A stretch of 64,000 nucleotides of DNA from Neophaeotheca triangularis (lineage: Eukaryota). Positions 19,422-32,010 of the stretch are shown here, in pieces. The stretch is from assembly GCA_054600435.1 (NCBI GenBank), contig BAAIJX010000050.1, positions 1-64,000 of the forward strand, read 5' to 3'. A program made the translations under genes and the position numbers. The notes under the pieces are model-generated. The model had not been told where the DNA came from, did no database searches, and worked only from the letters and a program-made list of their open reading frames with translations. Position 1 is the stretch's first letter. Each line of letters opens with the position of its first letter.

Positions 19422-22400
19422 GTGCAGGATAATACAGTTGATGAACAGACAGCGCTAGGAACCGGACTCAAGATCACAACAGAGAACGCTAGCCAGTTCT
19501 TAGAGTATTACGAGGTATACGGAGTCTTGATCTGTACCATACACGGCTATGCAGTCCGCAATCTCGCACACCATCTTTGTCGGAATTATATCGGCAGTAA
19601 GAAGGAGAGAGGAGAAGTAGTAAAGCAGTTCGGATCGCTTGTTCTACATGACGCGAAGGATGTCCCCCTCCCACAACCACTACAGCCACCATTCGTAGCT
19701 CTCAGAAAGCCACAGAGAGCGTTCATATGTCGGGAACCGGAATGTCAACATATTAGCATTAATCGGGACGGCATTCCCATTCACTGTAACAAGCAGCACA
19801 ACTGGAAGTCTTCTACTAAAGAACGAGAAAATAGGGTAGTTTGTATTCTGAGTTGAGCACGAAGCTTCTAACTACGAGGTAACGATCGTTCCTTATATGC
19901 TAACAGTCCTTACCCATCTTCTCAGTCTCAGTGTTCTCAGTGTCAGTCTCAGTGTCAGTCTCACTCTCGGTCTCAGTGTTCTCAGTGTCGACCGGTGTCT
20001 GGCTGTGTACCTCCAATCATTCGATGTTTGTAACACACGGCTACTCTGCTATAGTCTCAGAGTGCTTCAGAGCTGCGAGGATTGCGAGGGGTCAAAGGTG
20101 GCCGAAGTAGGCAGTCAACGGAGGCGAAGAGAGTGGTACGGAAGACGACAGAGATAGAGACAGCGACAGCGACAGAGACAGCGACGGCGACGGCGACGGT
20201 GACAGTGATATATAGCAACGCGGAGGCCGGAACCGAACCCGCTATCGACTTTTTCGAGATGCCCGTAAGCTATACCCGTGGCAAGGAAGACAGAAGGAGC
20301 TACTACGTCGGTTTCGCGAGGGCATCGAAGAGGACTGGAACCCGAAGTCTCAACAGCAGGCTCTGCTCGAATTCTACGAGTCGCTCATCTTTCAGCACGT
20401 AAGGGGAGACACGTTTAAGAGTGCGATCTTACACTTTCTCGCCGTTCTCGGGATCAACGAGGAGACGAGACGGCTACGGGAGGCGAACGACTTCTCTTAC
20501 ATGCTAGCCGGCATGGTCTACTGCATGCGGGTGATCGCAGCGGAGATCATTCTGCCGTCGGAGGAGAGGGAAGATCAGGAGGACGAGGACGACGAGCGGT
20601 TTAAGCAGACGAGAGACAACTCCTTAGCCGACGGCACGTATAGCGTGATGAGTAAGGCACTTAGCATTCTCACGTACGGAAAGAGCATCGCTATGAATCA
20701 CAGTAACGCCGGATCGGTATCTTGGTCGACGGATAGGACCGAGATGTCATACAAAGGCAGACCGATCTCCGTAGCCCGCTTCGGAGCTATGATCAGAGGC
20801 GTCATCGACGAGGCAGAACGCAAACTCTAGGAGGATCTGATGTGGACAACAACGTAGGAGGAACGGTTCGAGATCCCGCTCGAGAAGCTACAAGACGACG
20901 TGACTTGGCCGAGGCGAGGGGTTTCTTTCGTCGATAATGCGAATAACGGACTATAAAACAAGCGGGAGTGGATGATCAAGCGTGCTCTGTCGGCCGTAGG
21001 AGGAAAGAAGATGTGGAAACAAGGAGGGTGGTCGAGAGTTGAGGTGCAGAAATACTTACGGAAGCTCGATCGATTTAGAGAGCGGCTTCTCTTCTGCGTT
21101 CATGTCACGGGCGGACAGCCGGCCCGTGGGACAGAGATCACGACGATTTGTTTCCGCAACGGCTTTCAGCAAGACAGGAACGTGTTCGCGATATAGGGAC
21201 ACATGATGTTTATTACCCGCTATCACAAGTCTTAAGGGAATTTATATTCACTCTCCCACCTGCGATCGAGTCTCCCCCCTCGGAACGGGCCGGGGGTCCA
21301 CCGCCCCACCAAAATTAGGAGAGCTTTGCGATGTCGCTCCCTCCAACAAGGTGGGCGCAATACTATGTCATTGCCATTGCCCAATTAGGAAGTCATGCTA
21401 CTAGTGAGAGTGAGGGTACCGCCAGTCTATACAGCTGTGAATTTATGCCTGAGGCACACTGCCTCCACCTTCTGAAATTCATCAGTAAAATGCACCACTA
21501 TGAAAAGCAATTGAATTCCCTCCACCACATCAGCAATACACCACCTATGGCTGACCTAATTACATGAGGCCCTTCTCCTTACCCATACCTGTCAATCCTG
21601 GGTCTGTTTATGTGCATACCATGTCTAGTAATGAAATGCCAGCCTAGGAGGTATGGTGGTAAGCGGGCGCGACTCAATATGCGCCCGACGCGACTCAATG
21701 GCGCCCACCTTGGCGGGAGCGACATCGCAAAGCTCTCCCAATTTCAGTGGGTCGGTGGGTCTCCAGCCCGATCTAGGGGGAGACTCGATCGCAGGTGGGA
21801 GAGTGAATATAAATTCCCAAGTCTTAATCGCAGTTCGACAAACCGAAGGTGATCCCGCGGTTTCTGCCGTGGAGGGTAGGACAGATGATGGCGGTCTATC
21901 TCGCTTACGTTCAACCGTTTCAGCAGTATCTAGCGGTAAAGGTAAAAGGCTCCGGCCGGACCGATCACATCTGGGCGAACGAATACGGCCCGTGGGGGAC
22001 AGACCGTCTGACGAAGACCATCGACCGCGAGTCGAGCAAACGATTAGGAACGAGGCTAACGACACTCGAGTATCGACACGTGGCGATCGGCTTAGGTCGA
22101 GAGAAGATAAGTGGGCAATTCTCACGCGGCTACATAGGAGAGACTACCGAAGTCGAGGAGCCGGAAATGGAGGAAGACGATCCGCTCGAGATTTCGGCCG
22201 GGAGAGGCGGCGAGGTCGGGGCAAAACGCTACGGCGTATCGCTAGATGTAATCAAGCATCTAAGCAGCCGCTCGATCGTCACATTCAGGCCGCTCTCTCA
22301 GAAGTGGCACGAGTTTCTAGGGCTAGCGAGCTCCCGAAGTAGAGGGCAAAAGCGTGGAATGCAGTCGAGTAGCGACAGCGGTAGCGTCTACATACAACCG

Positions 22401-23097
22401 CAGGTCCCCGGATGGAGGGCAGGCGCTTCGATGGCGAACAACGGCGTGAGAGGTTGGGGTACAGCAACCGGCATGCTAAGGGAGTAGAGTGGAGGACAGG
22501 GTTCGACAGGTGAAGGATCGCATAGCAGCTAGTACTTCGGAGGGAACGGGAGCGGAAGTGAGCAGGGCCAGCACTTTCAAGACGATCGACAGTCGACAAG
22601 CATACCGTCGCTCCGTCCGGAAGGCGAGCTACCGCAGGATCAGGGAACCGCAACTCAGACTACGCCGGTACTACAGCAGGGAGGCCGATTTCTACCGCAG
22701 TTGACACCGCAGTTCATACCGCAGTCGGCAACGCGGTTCGCCCCGGTTCAACCATGGGTGAATCAGCACACCGGACAGCAATACACTCCGCGGGTGGCTT
22801 CGAGATCAGATGCTCAGACACCGGGGGCGATGGCTCATCTCAAAGATTCACCGCTATTCAACAGATCGACGGCACCGTTGGCGATCAACTATGGGAGCAG
22901 GGGCCGTGTGATCAGCGAGGACGAGATGAAGAGGGCGATGCAGAAGGCACTACGCCGCGACAATGTCACATTCCGGTCGGAGGAGCAGAGGGAGGCACTA
23001 TACACGATCGTATCCGGCAATCAGACGACTCCGCTAGTGGTAGTTCTACCGACAGGCGGAGGAAGGGCTTGCTATTCATGGCTCCGGCTTGTCTGAT
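19422..23097 (+). pseudogene. Degraded DUF3505 + RecQ-type helicase (telomere-linked helicase family) gene
   Basis: N-terminal VLICTIHGYAV...HHL and FICREPEC...HCNKQH zinc-binding region; core CVHVTGGQPARGTE, RYHKS, IPRFLP, YRHVAI; helicase start FRSEEQREAL...VVVLPTGGG. In-frame stops at 20828, 20855, 20954, 21194 and 21233, frameshifts and insertions; truncated at 23097. Confidence 0.85.
21236..21818. mobile_element. Non-autonomous Mutator-like (MULE) element, 583 bp
   Basis: About 120-bp TIRs (21236-21358 and 21701-21818; outer 43 bp perfect, GGGAATTTATATTCACTCTCCCACCTGCGATCGAGTCTCCCCC); 9-bp TSD AAGTCTTAA at 21227-21235 and 21819-21827. Confidence 0.93.
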
Positions 23098-23976
23098 CAG
23101 ACTTGTCACCAATCAATTCAAGTCAATTTGGTAGGTGAATTGACATTGAATTGATGCCAAGGCTTGGGGGGGGGGTGAATTGAAATTGAATTGACCCACC
23201 AATGCAGTAGGTGAATTGAAATTGACTTACAAGGATTGACCGTGCTGCACTTATACTACAAGCTTACCAACTTCAGCTACCTTCTACCCCCTATACCATC
23301 ACAATCACCTACTTAATCATAGATCTGAGCATAGGAGGTTGGAGTGCTCACCTGTAGCTACTATAGGAATCAGCTTTAGTGAAGATCCATTAGGTATTAG
23401 TAAAGATCCATTAGGTATTAGTGATATGCTAGAGGTAGAGGGGTAGCAATTTGGTACCTCAGTGTATTGCAGTTATTAGAGCTCAAACTAGCAGTTATCT
23501 AGTGCATATAGCAATCACCTCATGCTCCTAGGTGACCTCCCTACTAACCTATTGCTACTCCCTACTCTTGATTACTGCTTTCTCTCTTCCCTCCTCTTTT
23601 TAGTGACGTATTAAAAGGGAGCTATTAGCTCGTAGGTGTGTGCGGTGGAAGGTGATCTCTATAGTGGGAGGGGCACCTATTTGGTAGAGGTGGTAGTAGG
23701 TGCGCATGGTGGCTCTTAGGTGCGCATAGTGGCTCGGAGGTGCGCTGACGCGGAGGTGAGATGAAAGCGTAGGAGGTCAGTCCGGTGGATCTCTGGCTTA
23801 TCTTCTAGCCAATAGGAAGCTTAGGATAAGCATAGATAAGCTCTAGGTTTACAGAATATATCTATCAATCCTTGCAATCCTTGCAATTCAATCCATACCT
23901 TGAATTGAAATTGATGGGTCTTATGGTATAGGTGAATTGAAATTGAATTGAAATGGATTGATTGGTGACAAGTCTG
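23098..23976. mobile_element. Non-autonomous TIR element (hAT-like), 879 bp
   Basis: Perfect 20-bp TIRs CAGACTTGTCACCAATCAAT (23098-23117 and 23957-23976), repeated subterminal GGTGAATTGAAATTGA motifs, TpA-rich interior, no transposase ORF; no matching TSD. Confidence 0.88.
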
Positions 23977-24153
23977 TTTTGTAGTGAGTAAGTCAAACAC
24001 CCAAAACAGGGAGTGAAGGTAACAGATCATGATAAAGAAACTGACTGAGCATAGAAAACCTGAGGAAGTAGTAAGATTTAGGACAGCTACTTTGTCTTCA
24101 AAGCTAGTCTCACTTTTACATTCGACCCAAGTCTACAAAAGTGAGAAAAATTA

Positions 24154-27100
24154 TCAGTAAGCATCCTCCCTCTTCACCCAAGCCGGACTATCCACGACCG
24201 CGGGCCTCACCGCACCAGTCTGAATGATCGCATCCTCCTTCAGTTCAAAACCTTCCAACTTCGCGCCGTCAGCCTGCTGAGCCCAAAGTGTCATAGCAAC
24301 AGTGTTTTTGCCACGGTAATTCAGGATGCCCTCTGGTACAGCGAACCTCGTCTGCGGGCCGAGCTGGTTGATGTACTTGCCAAATTGCCAGCCGTTGACG
24401 AAGAGCTGCACGCGATAGTCCGAACGTCCGCCGACGGCAGTTTCGGCTCCAGAAAGGTCGGACGCCTCGCTGCTGAAAGCGACGGCGCTGTTGTTGAAGA
24501 CAAAGCTGAGGGGGATGTCGTAGCCGGCGGGCATGTCGAGGTCGAAATCGGTGGTGAAGAAGCCTACACCAGCGCTGTCGATACCGTCGAGCGGGCTGCG
24601 GGATTCCCAGTCTGAGCTCGGCGGGCTGGGGAGATGGTAGCCTTGTCGTTCGGCGAACATAGAGCCTTCATTGAGAGGTCCGCGGGTTTGGTCACGGTAG
24701 TCTTCTCCGCCGAGATTACCGGTCAAGCGCCAGGCGATATCTTCTTGCTCGTGGCTGTTGAGAGCGTAGTGTATGATGCCTCGTGGAGTCTTCATCATGT
24801 CGTAGCCCGGGGTCCAGTTTGTTTCGATGCCTGTATCCGACACGATGAGCAAATTAAAGATACATAGGCTAGGAGATTAGAGACCACTCACCCATATGGT
24901 CGATCAGCACAGTAATGACGTATCGCTCGCCTCTATTAAGGGCAGATGTGACGTTGTAAACAGTAGTGGCAGAATCTCCGCCTGCACCACCGAAAGGGTC
25001 TGCGATCTCGCCGTCTTGTCCGCCGGCGAAAGAGCCCAGATACTCGTCGTTCAGCCAGACACTCCGACCGTAACCTCCGCCCCCTTGAGTAGTGATGTTC
25101 AAAGCGCTTTCTTCTCCGGTCGCAGTGAAGTGTCCGCGATAAATGAGGGAGCCGCCATTGAAGCCGTAGTCGCTCGCAATCAGAGAAGTGGGGGTCTGCT
25201 GCTCGAAAAGCTCACCAGTCTCGTCGTCGCGGTTCTTTGGACTAGTCTCCTCGATGTCCGCCTCAATCCATGCAGAGTCATCGTAGGAAGCCATGATTTC
25301 TGGGAGAGAGTCGATGTACTTCCAGTCAAGGGAAGATATGTCCGGAAGGCACATTTCAGGCACATGGTAGTCGACCGTCGCGCAAACCCGGCCGTGTGCA
25401 GATGTTGCGTGAAGCTTCTTGCCGTTGAAGTAGATCTGGCCCTTGCGATCGTTGAACCCGGAAATGACTTCGACATTGGTGGTGGCGTTTAGGTCTCCTA
25501 CCAGGTATAGGGCGTGGTCTGAAATGCTCGCGGAGCGCATAAGATAGCCTGCCTTGACGATGACGGAGTCCTTCGACAACGAAGAGTAGTTCCCAATGGG
25601 CGCGGCGGCTTCAAGCTCTAGCTCCCAGTAGTTGTAGGCCTCATTGCGCCAAAGCATGTAGACATCCAGTCCATCATAGTGCAATACCTTCCGCTCGGGA
25701 GTGACCTCCCACTGAACCACAGTCATGTCGGAAAGACTCTCGATCTGCGCCTCGCCGCCTTCGATATGCGCTTTCCCTCGGCAGGCAGATGAAGGAAGTG
25801 CAAATTCATGCGTCTCGCCAGCATCTCCGTAGAGTAGCAGAACACGCTTGTGTCCACTTTTGGAGTGAGTCAAGATTTCGGCAGACGAGTAAATGAGGTT
25901 GACACCGTCAACATCGTAATCCGTGACGTGAATCTTGGAGTCTCTCCCGTTGATGGTCAAGGCACCGCCGAGCTGTGGGATCACAACATCGCCTGCGCTC
26001 GTTGCTACCGATATCTGGTAGTCTGTCGACTCGATTGAGCGGAAGTCGGTGTGCCTGGTGACATAGAAGTTCGTACGCTCACCAAAAAGGGGAGCTGCCG
26101 TGATGTCACCGTTGCTCACGTAGGAAGTGTTCGTCTGATTGCCGGGTCGAGCAATGAGATAAGCAGGCGAGGAAGCGATGAAGTGCGCTTGCAGCTTCTG
26201 CTCGGAGTACTTCTCGCGATCGACCATGCGGTTCTCACGGATGGCAGCTCCGTAGTCGTAGGAAGAGTATGCGCCGGGTTGGCCTAAGTTCCCCCAATTT
26301 GTGCCGCCGAATGTCATGTACAGGTTGAAGATCTTGATGCCGAAGCTGTAATTATTCTTGTTGAAGATGCGGCCGAAGGCAGGGCCAACTAGAGCGGCAC
26401 AGCCATCCAAACCGACACCCGACCAGGTATCAAGAGCCTAAATTGTCATCTCGGTCAGCATTTGTGAACGAAACAACCACGAGCGGAGCCTGGAGGCTTT
26501 ACTCACCCCACCCTGGAACTCTGGAATGGTGTACGGAGTATTTGGGCTCTGTTCCTGGTGTAACTCGTCCCAGTCGGTGGAGATCTCTGCTGCTGTCCAG
26601 TTGGAAGGGTCAGAGCAATCAAAACCGCCAGGGTAGGAATCATGACCGTAGCTGTGTGTTGTCAAATTAGTTCGACAACTTGAAGGAAGGCCCTGTGTGA
26701 GTACTCACATGTCAGGGCCCCCGGGATCACCGGGGGTGAAAAGACCGATGACGGCAGCCTCGTTGTTGACGAACGGTACAACAATCCCGGCGTCCCGGAA
26801 CTGCTGGTTGACGGTTTCGATGTACTCGACGTCAGGCCATTCGACCTGTGCGGGTCAGCAGCTGAACGTGCGACAGATATGCAAAGGACACTCACCCAGT
26901 CGGCCCCAAACGTGTATTCGTTCTCGGGCTGGAATAGGACCACCGGTCCGCCGTTTGTAATCTGCGCATCGGCGATGATTCTACCGATGCTTGCGACGTA
27001 GTTGGCCGTGGCGTCGATGTAACCGGTCATGTTGGTCCTCAAGAAATCCGGCTCACGTTGGAGCCATCCTGGAAATCCACCGCCCGAGACTTCTGCGTTG

Positions 27101-27625
27101 ATGTATGGACCTGGTCTACTTTCGATTAGTTTCTTGCCACGAGAAATTGGCATCCTCTTGGCCCAAGAAATGCTCACCGAGCGAGTAGATAGATGCCAGC
27201 CTCAGCAGCAGCATCAAAAAATTGCTCGAACCCGAAGACACCCTCGGCGGTAAATTGCCCAGGGTTGCCCTCGAGTAAAGCCCAGTCGACATAAAAGCTC
27301 ACACCAGTGTATCCAAGAGCCTTGATCTTTTGGAAAACGTCAAGCCAGAGTCCTGGAACTGGGAGTCTCCACGGGTGAAACTCGCCAGAGTAGAACATGA
27401 TGCGCTCGCCACGGATGAAAAGAGAATGCTCGTCGAAAGAGACCTGGACTGGGAGTTAGCATCCGCCAATGGTACATGATCTGGGATGGATCGACAGACC
27501 AAGTCGTCGATAACATCTCGCTTGCCTGGATGCGTGACCGTATACCTGTTGCTGCCCAAGGTCAAGGCGGATGCCGTTGTAGAGAAGAGGCACAAAGCCT
27601 CCGTTAGCCATTTCATCGTCACCAT
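24154..27625 (-). CDS. lacA: Secreted GH35 beta-galactosidase (several introns)
   Basis: Signal peptide; [38 protein letters not shown] (acid/base), PEFQGG (nucleophile), [18 protein letters not shown]; first intron 27499-27444. Confidence 0.95.
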
Positions 27626-27857
27626 CTTTGGCAGTGGTCAATGTATCGACGGAGGTGGTTCAAGGGCAAGGAACAAGGTCAGCTTAGCCAATTTATACCA
27701 TCGACATCACGTCTTCTTCGTACATGGTAGCTTGAGGAGCTCCGCTGCAAGGCACATATCAGGCTATGCAGGTGCGGCATTGCTTGCGGTCAAGTGGTTT
27801 CTTCGACAACGAGACTGCCTACCTTCTCCGAGAGCTCATGTATATTGATGTCGCCAT

Positions 27858-27897
27858 GCGGAGTTGTACCTGGGCATCTGCGGGGCAAGATGCGGAG
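27858..27897. promoter_or_regulatory. Cluster of SYGGRG (CreA-type) motifs upstream of the beta-galactosidase
   Basis: GCGGAG at 27858, GCGGGG at 27880, GCGGAG at 27892; short motifs, function inferred. Confidence 0.35.
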
Positions 27898-28216
27898 CTG
27901 CAGGAAATCTTCCGTAAGTTATAGAGTCACCTCATCGTAAGAGTTGTACAACACAGAAGAAAGCGAGCAGACCGCGGACTTGGGCATGTTCGCGGAATGT
28001 GGAGCGTCGAGCCGAGCGAGTGTCAGACAATCTCATGAGCACGGCCAGTTTCCTGCGCTTCATCACAATACTATTACATCCTCGTAGCAACATTCCACTG
28101 GGCTCTTGTCGTCTGGGGTATCTCACCACGGGTAGCTCTCGCTCCTCAAACGCCGCGCTAAAGCTGTTAATGCTTGACCTTCCCAATGTCTAACGCCAAA
28201 CTGCCTCATCCGCTCC

Positions 28217-29209
28217 TCAGAACCAAGCTAGAGTCCACAACGCAGGCAAATTGGGCCACCTATCTTGCCACTCGGCCAGAATCTCCGGCACCTTTTCGTC
28301 GAATCCTTGCCGTCCTTGCCCAACATCCCAGCTCCCAGGCCCGGCAGCATCCCTCTCCTTCCTGGCTGCCGCATTCAGCGCATCCGCGAGCTCCAAAATC
28401 GCTTTACCGCCCACCAGAGCCTCCTCATGATTATCCTTGATGTCCACATTGAAGACGTGCACGGGGTGGTTGAGCGGACTGCCTCTTGTCAACAAGTCAT
28501 CGACCACCGCATCCCAACACCGCTCCTCGCACGTAATGACAATGTCTGGTGTGCCCGACTCCGAGCCTTTGGCGCCACGATCAGTCGAGTAGTCCACCTC
28601 GCCTTCCCCTTGCCCCTTTCCCTCCGTACCCGGTGTCGGTGGCGTCGTGCTGCCTCCACCGGCCCCCTCGTCCTGCCCTGTCCATCTCTTCCCCACTCTA
28701 GGCACCCCGACACGCCAGTCCTGCCACCGCTCCGGTCCCCACTTTACACCCTTGTTTCGCTCGAGCATAGGTAGGATGCCATTGGCGCGATACAGTCGCT
28801 GGTCTTTGTGCAGCAGCTCCTCGTACATGGCGGAGTAGCTCGTGTGATTGAAATTGTAGACGTTGGGTTGACTGATACTCGGGCCGGGAAGTCGCACGAG
28901 ACTGCCGGTGCCGAAGGAAATGGTCGGGTAGGGTTGCGGCGCCGTGGTGAGACGCAGATGGGCCTCCATTGAGCGATTGTTGTTGCTTGCGCAAACGGTG
29001 CAGAAGGTGAGGGTGTAATCATTTTGAGAATTTCCAGGGTGTGGTTCTTGGACCGGTGTGGTACTGCTGCCGTTAATTTGCGTATTAGGGATGTCGCCGC
29101 TGCTGCCGTCCATGTTGATGTTCGGGGCAGACATGTCAGGTTGGCTGTCCGGTGGTGGAGGTGGAGGAGGCGGCGGTTGCATGGGTCGACGACGAGGATC
29201 TGTTGACAT
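28217..29209 (-). CDS. SSU72: RNA polymerase II CTD phosphatase Ssu72
   Basis: [15 protein letters not shown] (CX5R), [37 protein letters not shown] at 29209. Confidence 0.96.
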   Translation of the reverse strand: MSTDPRRRPMQPPPPPPPPPDSQPDMSAPNINMDGSSGDIPNTQINGSSTTPVQEPHPGNSQNDYTLTFCTVCASNNNRSMEAHLRLTTAPQPYPTISFGTGSLVRLPGPSISQPNVYNFNHTSYSAMYEELLHKDQRLYRANGILPMLERNKGVKWGPERWQDWRVGVPRVGKRWTGQDEGAGGGSTTPPTPGTEGKGQGEGEVDYSTDRGAKGSESGTPDIVITCEERCWDAVVDDLLTRGSPLNHPVHVFNVDIKDNHEEALVGGKAILELADALNAAARKERDAAGPGSWDVGQGRQGFDEKVPEILAEWQDRWPNLPALWTLAWF

Positions 29210-29626
29210 GTTGGACAGGTCAAGCAGCAAACAAAGCGCGGATGATTATCTAGATGAATGGAGCAGGAGCATGGGTGAAGAAGGTAATGTCGCAACTTCC
29301 ACTTGAGCATCGTGCTACAGGAGGCATTCACTTCAAGCTCGCGATGCTTGGCAGCTGTCGGCCTCGCGCTAGCGTCACGCGGGCGCACGTGAAGATAAGA
29401 TGTGAACATGAGATGATAAGATAAGATGAGATGACTTATCCGACAATCTCCGCCTCCACCTCACCTCCCAGCCCCCGCCCCCTCCAAGGTTCCGATTCTT
29501 CCGTCCTCTTCCCCTCTTCCTCTTCAGCTCCCTACTACCTTATTTCTCACCACAGACTTCCCTTTCCCCGCCGGCTGGTATAGAGCCTATAATATGCACC
29601 ACGGTCCACGGTCCACACGCCAGACT

Positions 29627-29660
29627 ATGATGTTGATGATGATGATGATGATGATGATGA
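29627..29660 (+). repeat. (TGA)n microsatellite
   Basis: About 11 TGA units with one interruption. Confidence 0.85.
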
Positions 29661-30058
29661 TGTCGTTGTGCCTGCACCCCATCACCTCGCATGGACAGGC
29701 TTGACAGGGAACGGCCTCCCCGACGCAAAACGGTCGAATCACGACTCCCATAACTTATTGTTCAGCGGGGTGCCGGATTATAGAACATCACCTGCAACGT
29801 CTGCACATGTCCTCGCGACAAACATACACCGCCGGTGGCTGGCTGTGCCTTGCAGCTTCTACCGTCTGCCTCTCGGAGCAAAGCTACGACATGTCGTCCT
29901 GACAACGGACATGATCCATCTCAGATATCCCGCCATGCAAACGGGTAAGTCGGTAAGTTAACAACTTGTCCGAAGCTTGGTTATATATCTTGTCTTCCTT
30001 GCTTTTGGTGACTCTTGTAGTGTTCTGTTCGCTCCTCATCCTTCCTTCGTCGTAAAGT

Positions 30059-32010
30059 ATGCCTTCCTTCACCTCTCTCGTAGCCGCACTGGCTTCTGCT
30101 TCTGCTTCTGCGGTTGCAGCAGCTCCTTACGAACGGTCTGGCGCTTTTAACCAGGTCAGGGGTCAGAGCGAAACGCAGCCATACAGTAGCAACGGCTTGA
30201 CCGTGGACTTGGGCTATGAGATTTATGAGGGATATAACGATGCCGGTACCGGTCTCGACAACTGGCTTGGGTAGGCCATACTCAAGTGGCTTTCACAACA
30301 GATTCTCGCTGACTACTTCTCAGCATTCGTTTTGCCGCTCCACCCACGGGTAGAAACCGCTGGCAGCCTCCGATGACCCCGGCGACAAACAGATCAACGC
30401 CAATTCAGGCTACTGAATTTGGCCCGACCTGCCCGCAGTCTGGCAACGCACCGCTCAACCAAACCCAGCTTGCTGAAAACGGTAGCTTCGCTGAGCCTTA
30501 CTACAGTGAGAATGTCGAGGGCGACGAGGACTGCCTCTTTTTGAACGTACAAGCTCCACGCAATGCCAAAAACCTCCCAGTCCTGGTCTGGATCCATGGC
30601 GGTGGTTACGGTGCTGGTAACGGCCGTCAAAACCTTTCCCAGATCATCAACGCCAATGAGGGTGACTTCATCGGGGTGAGCATCCAGTACCGCCTTGGAG
30701 CTTTTGGCTTCATGTCCAGCGACGAAATCTACAGGTACGGCATCACGAATGCCGGCATCTACGATCAACACTTCTCTCTCCAGTGGATCCAAAGCTACAT
30801 TAGCCTGTTCGGTGGTGATCCCTCCAGAGTCACCATTTCCGGCGAGTCTGCTGGCGCTGGCTCGGTGATGCTACAGGACATGGCATACGGCGGCACCCAA
30901 GGCGATAGCCTTTTTCAGAACAGCATTGTCGCAAGTCCGTACCTTCCCCAGCAGTTTGGATATGCTGACATGGTTCCAACTCAATCGTATTTCGCCTTCG
31001 CCGCTTTCGCCGGATGCTTCAACGGAATGCCCTACAACAACGCCTCAGCCAGCATCTTTGAATGTCTTCTTGAAAAGGACACGCGCACGTTGCAGCAAGC
31101 CTCAGCCGTCATCTCCGAGTCCGGCCGCTTAGGTACCTGGGCTTTCCTACCGGTTACGGACGGACAACTGATCCAACAACTGCCCTCACAGCAACTTCTC
31201 AAACAGCAAGTCAATGGCCATCGTATGCTCTCAGGTAACAACGCCAATGAAGGTCCTGGCTTTACGCCCCAAGATATCGAAACTGAAAACGACTTCACCG
31301 ACTACATCTCCGCTCTTCTACCCCTCTTTGACGCCAACGATGTTGCCAAACTCCTCCACTACTACCCATCAACCAACGCCACCGTCAACGAAGATGACCC
31401 TGTTTTTGCGACCGACGGCACATCCGATCCCACAGCACTCAATCAATCTTCCTTGGCCACAGGCCAACAACAACGCGCCAACAATGTCTACGCGGAAACC
31501 ACTTTCGTGTGCCCCTCGTACTGGCTAGCCGAAGCCTACGCTCTGCGGGGCAAAGGCTACGCAAGCTACAAATACCAATTCTCCGTTCCGCCGGCCTTAC
31601 ACGCCGACGATGTGGTCGGATATTTTGGCTACTTTGGCGACAGCGACAGCGAAGGACAGCCCGTCCAGCCGGAACTTCAAATGGCATTCATGCGCATCTG
31701 GGGAAACTTTGTCACGCACAACGATCCCAGCATCTCAAACGCCGTAGCGGCGGGCAATGTCGGCGGCAGTAGTAATGCTACCGTGGACTCGAACCCTGTG
31801 AGCGACTGGCCGCAATATTCGGATGCCACACCTTATCAGATCAATCTCAATGTCACGGGTGGCATGGTTGAGGCTTCGGATAATGGACCGATCCTCTTGG
31901 GCGACGGAGTAATGAACATGATTGAGCTTGTGGATGCTTATGAGTGGGAGGGTGGTAGAGGAAAGAGGTGTGATTTCTGGCGCAGTGTGGGCGTCAAAGT
32001 GCCCGGTTAG
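30059..32010 (+). CDS. Secreted type-B carboxylesterase/lipase
   Basis: Signal peptide; intron 30271-30323 restores WLGIRFAAPP; EDCLFLNV, WIHGGG, GESAG nucleophile, NANEG, ALHADD. Confidence 0.94.

Noticed and set aside
19422..23097. Starship captain (DUF3435) call
   Set aside because: The architecture is DUF3505 plus RecQ, not a captain, and no Starship boundary was seen.
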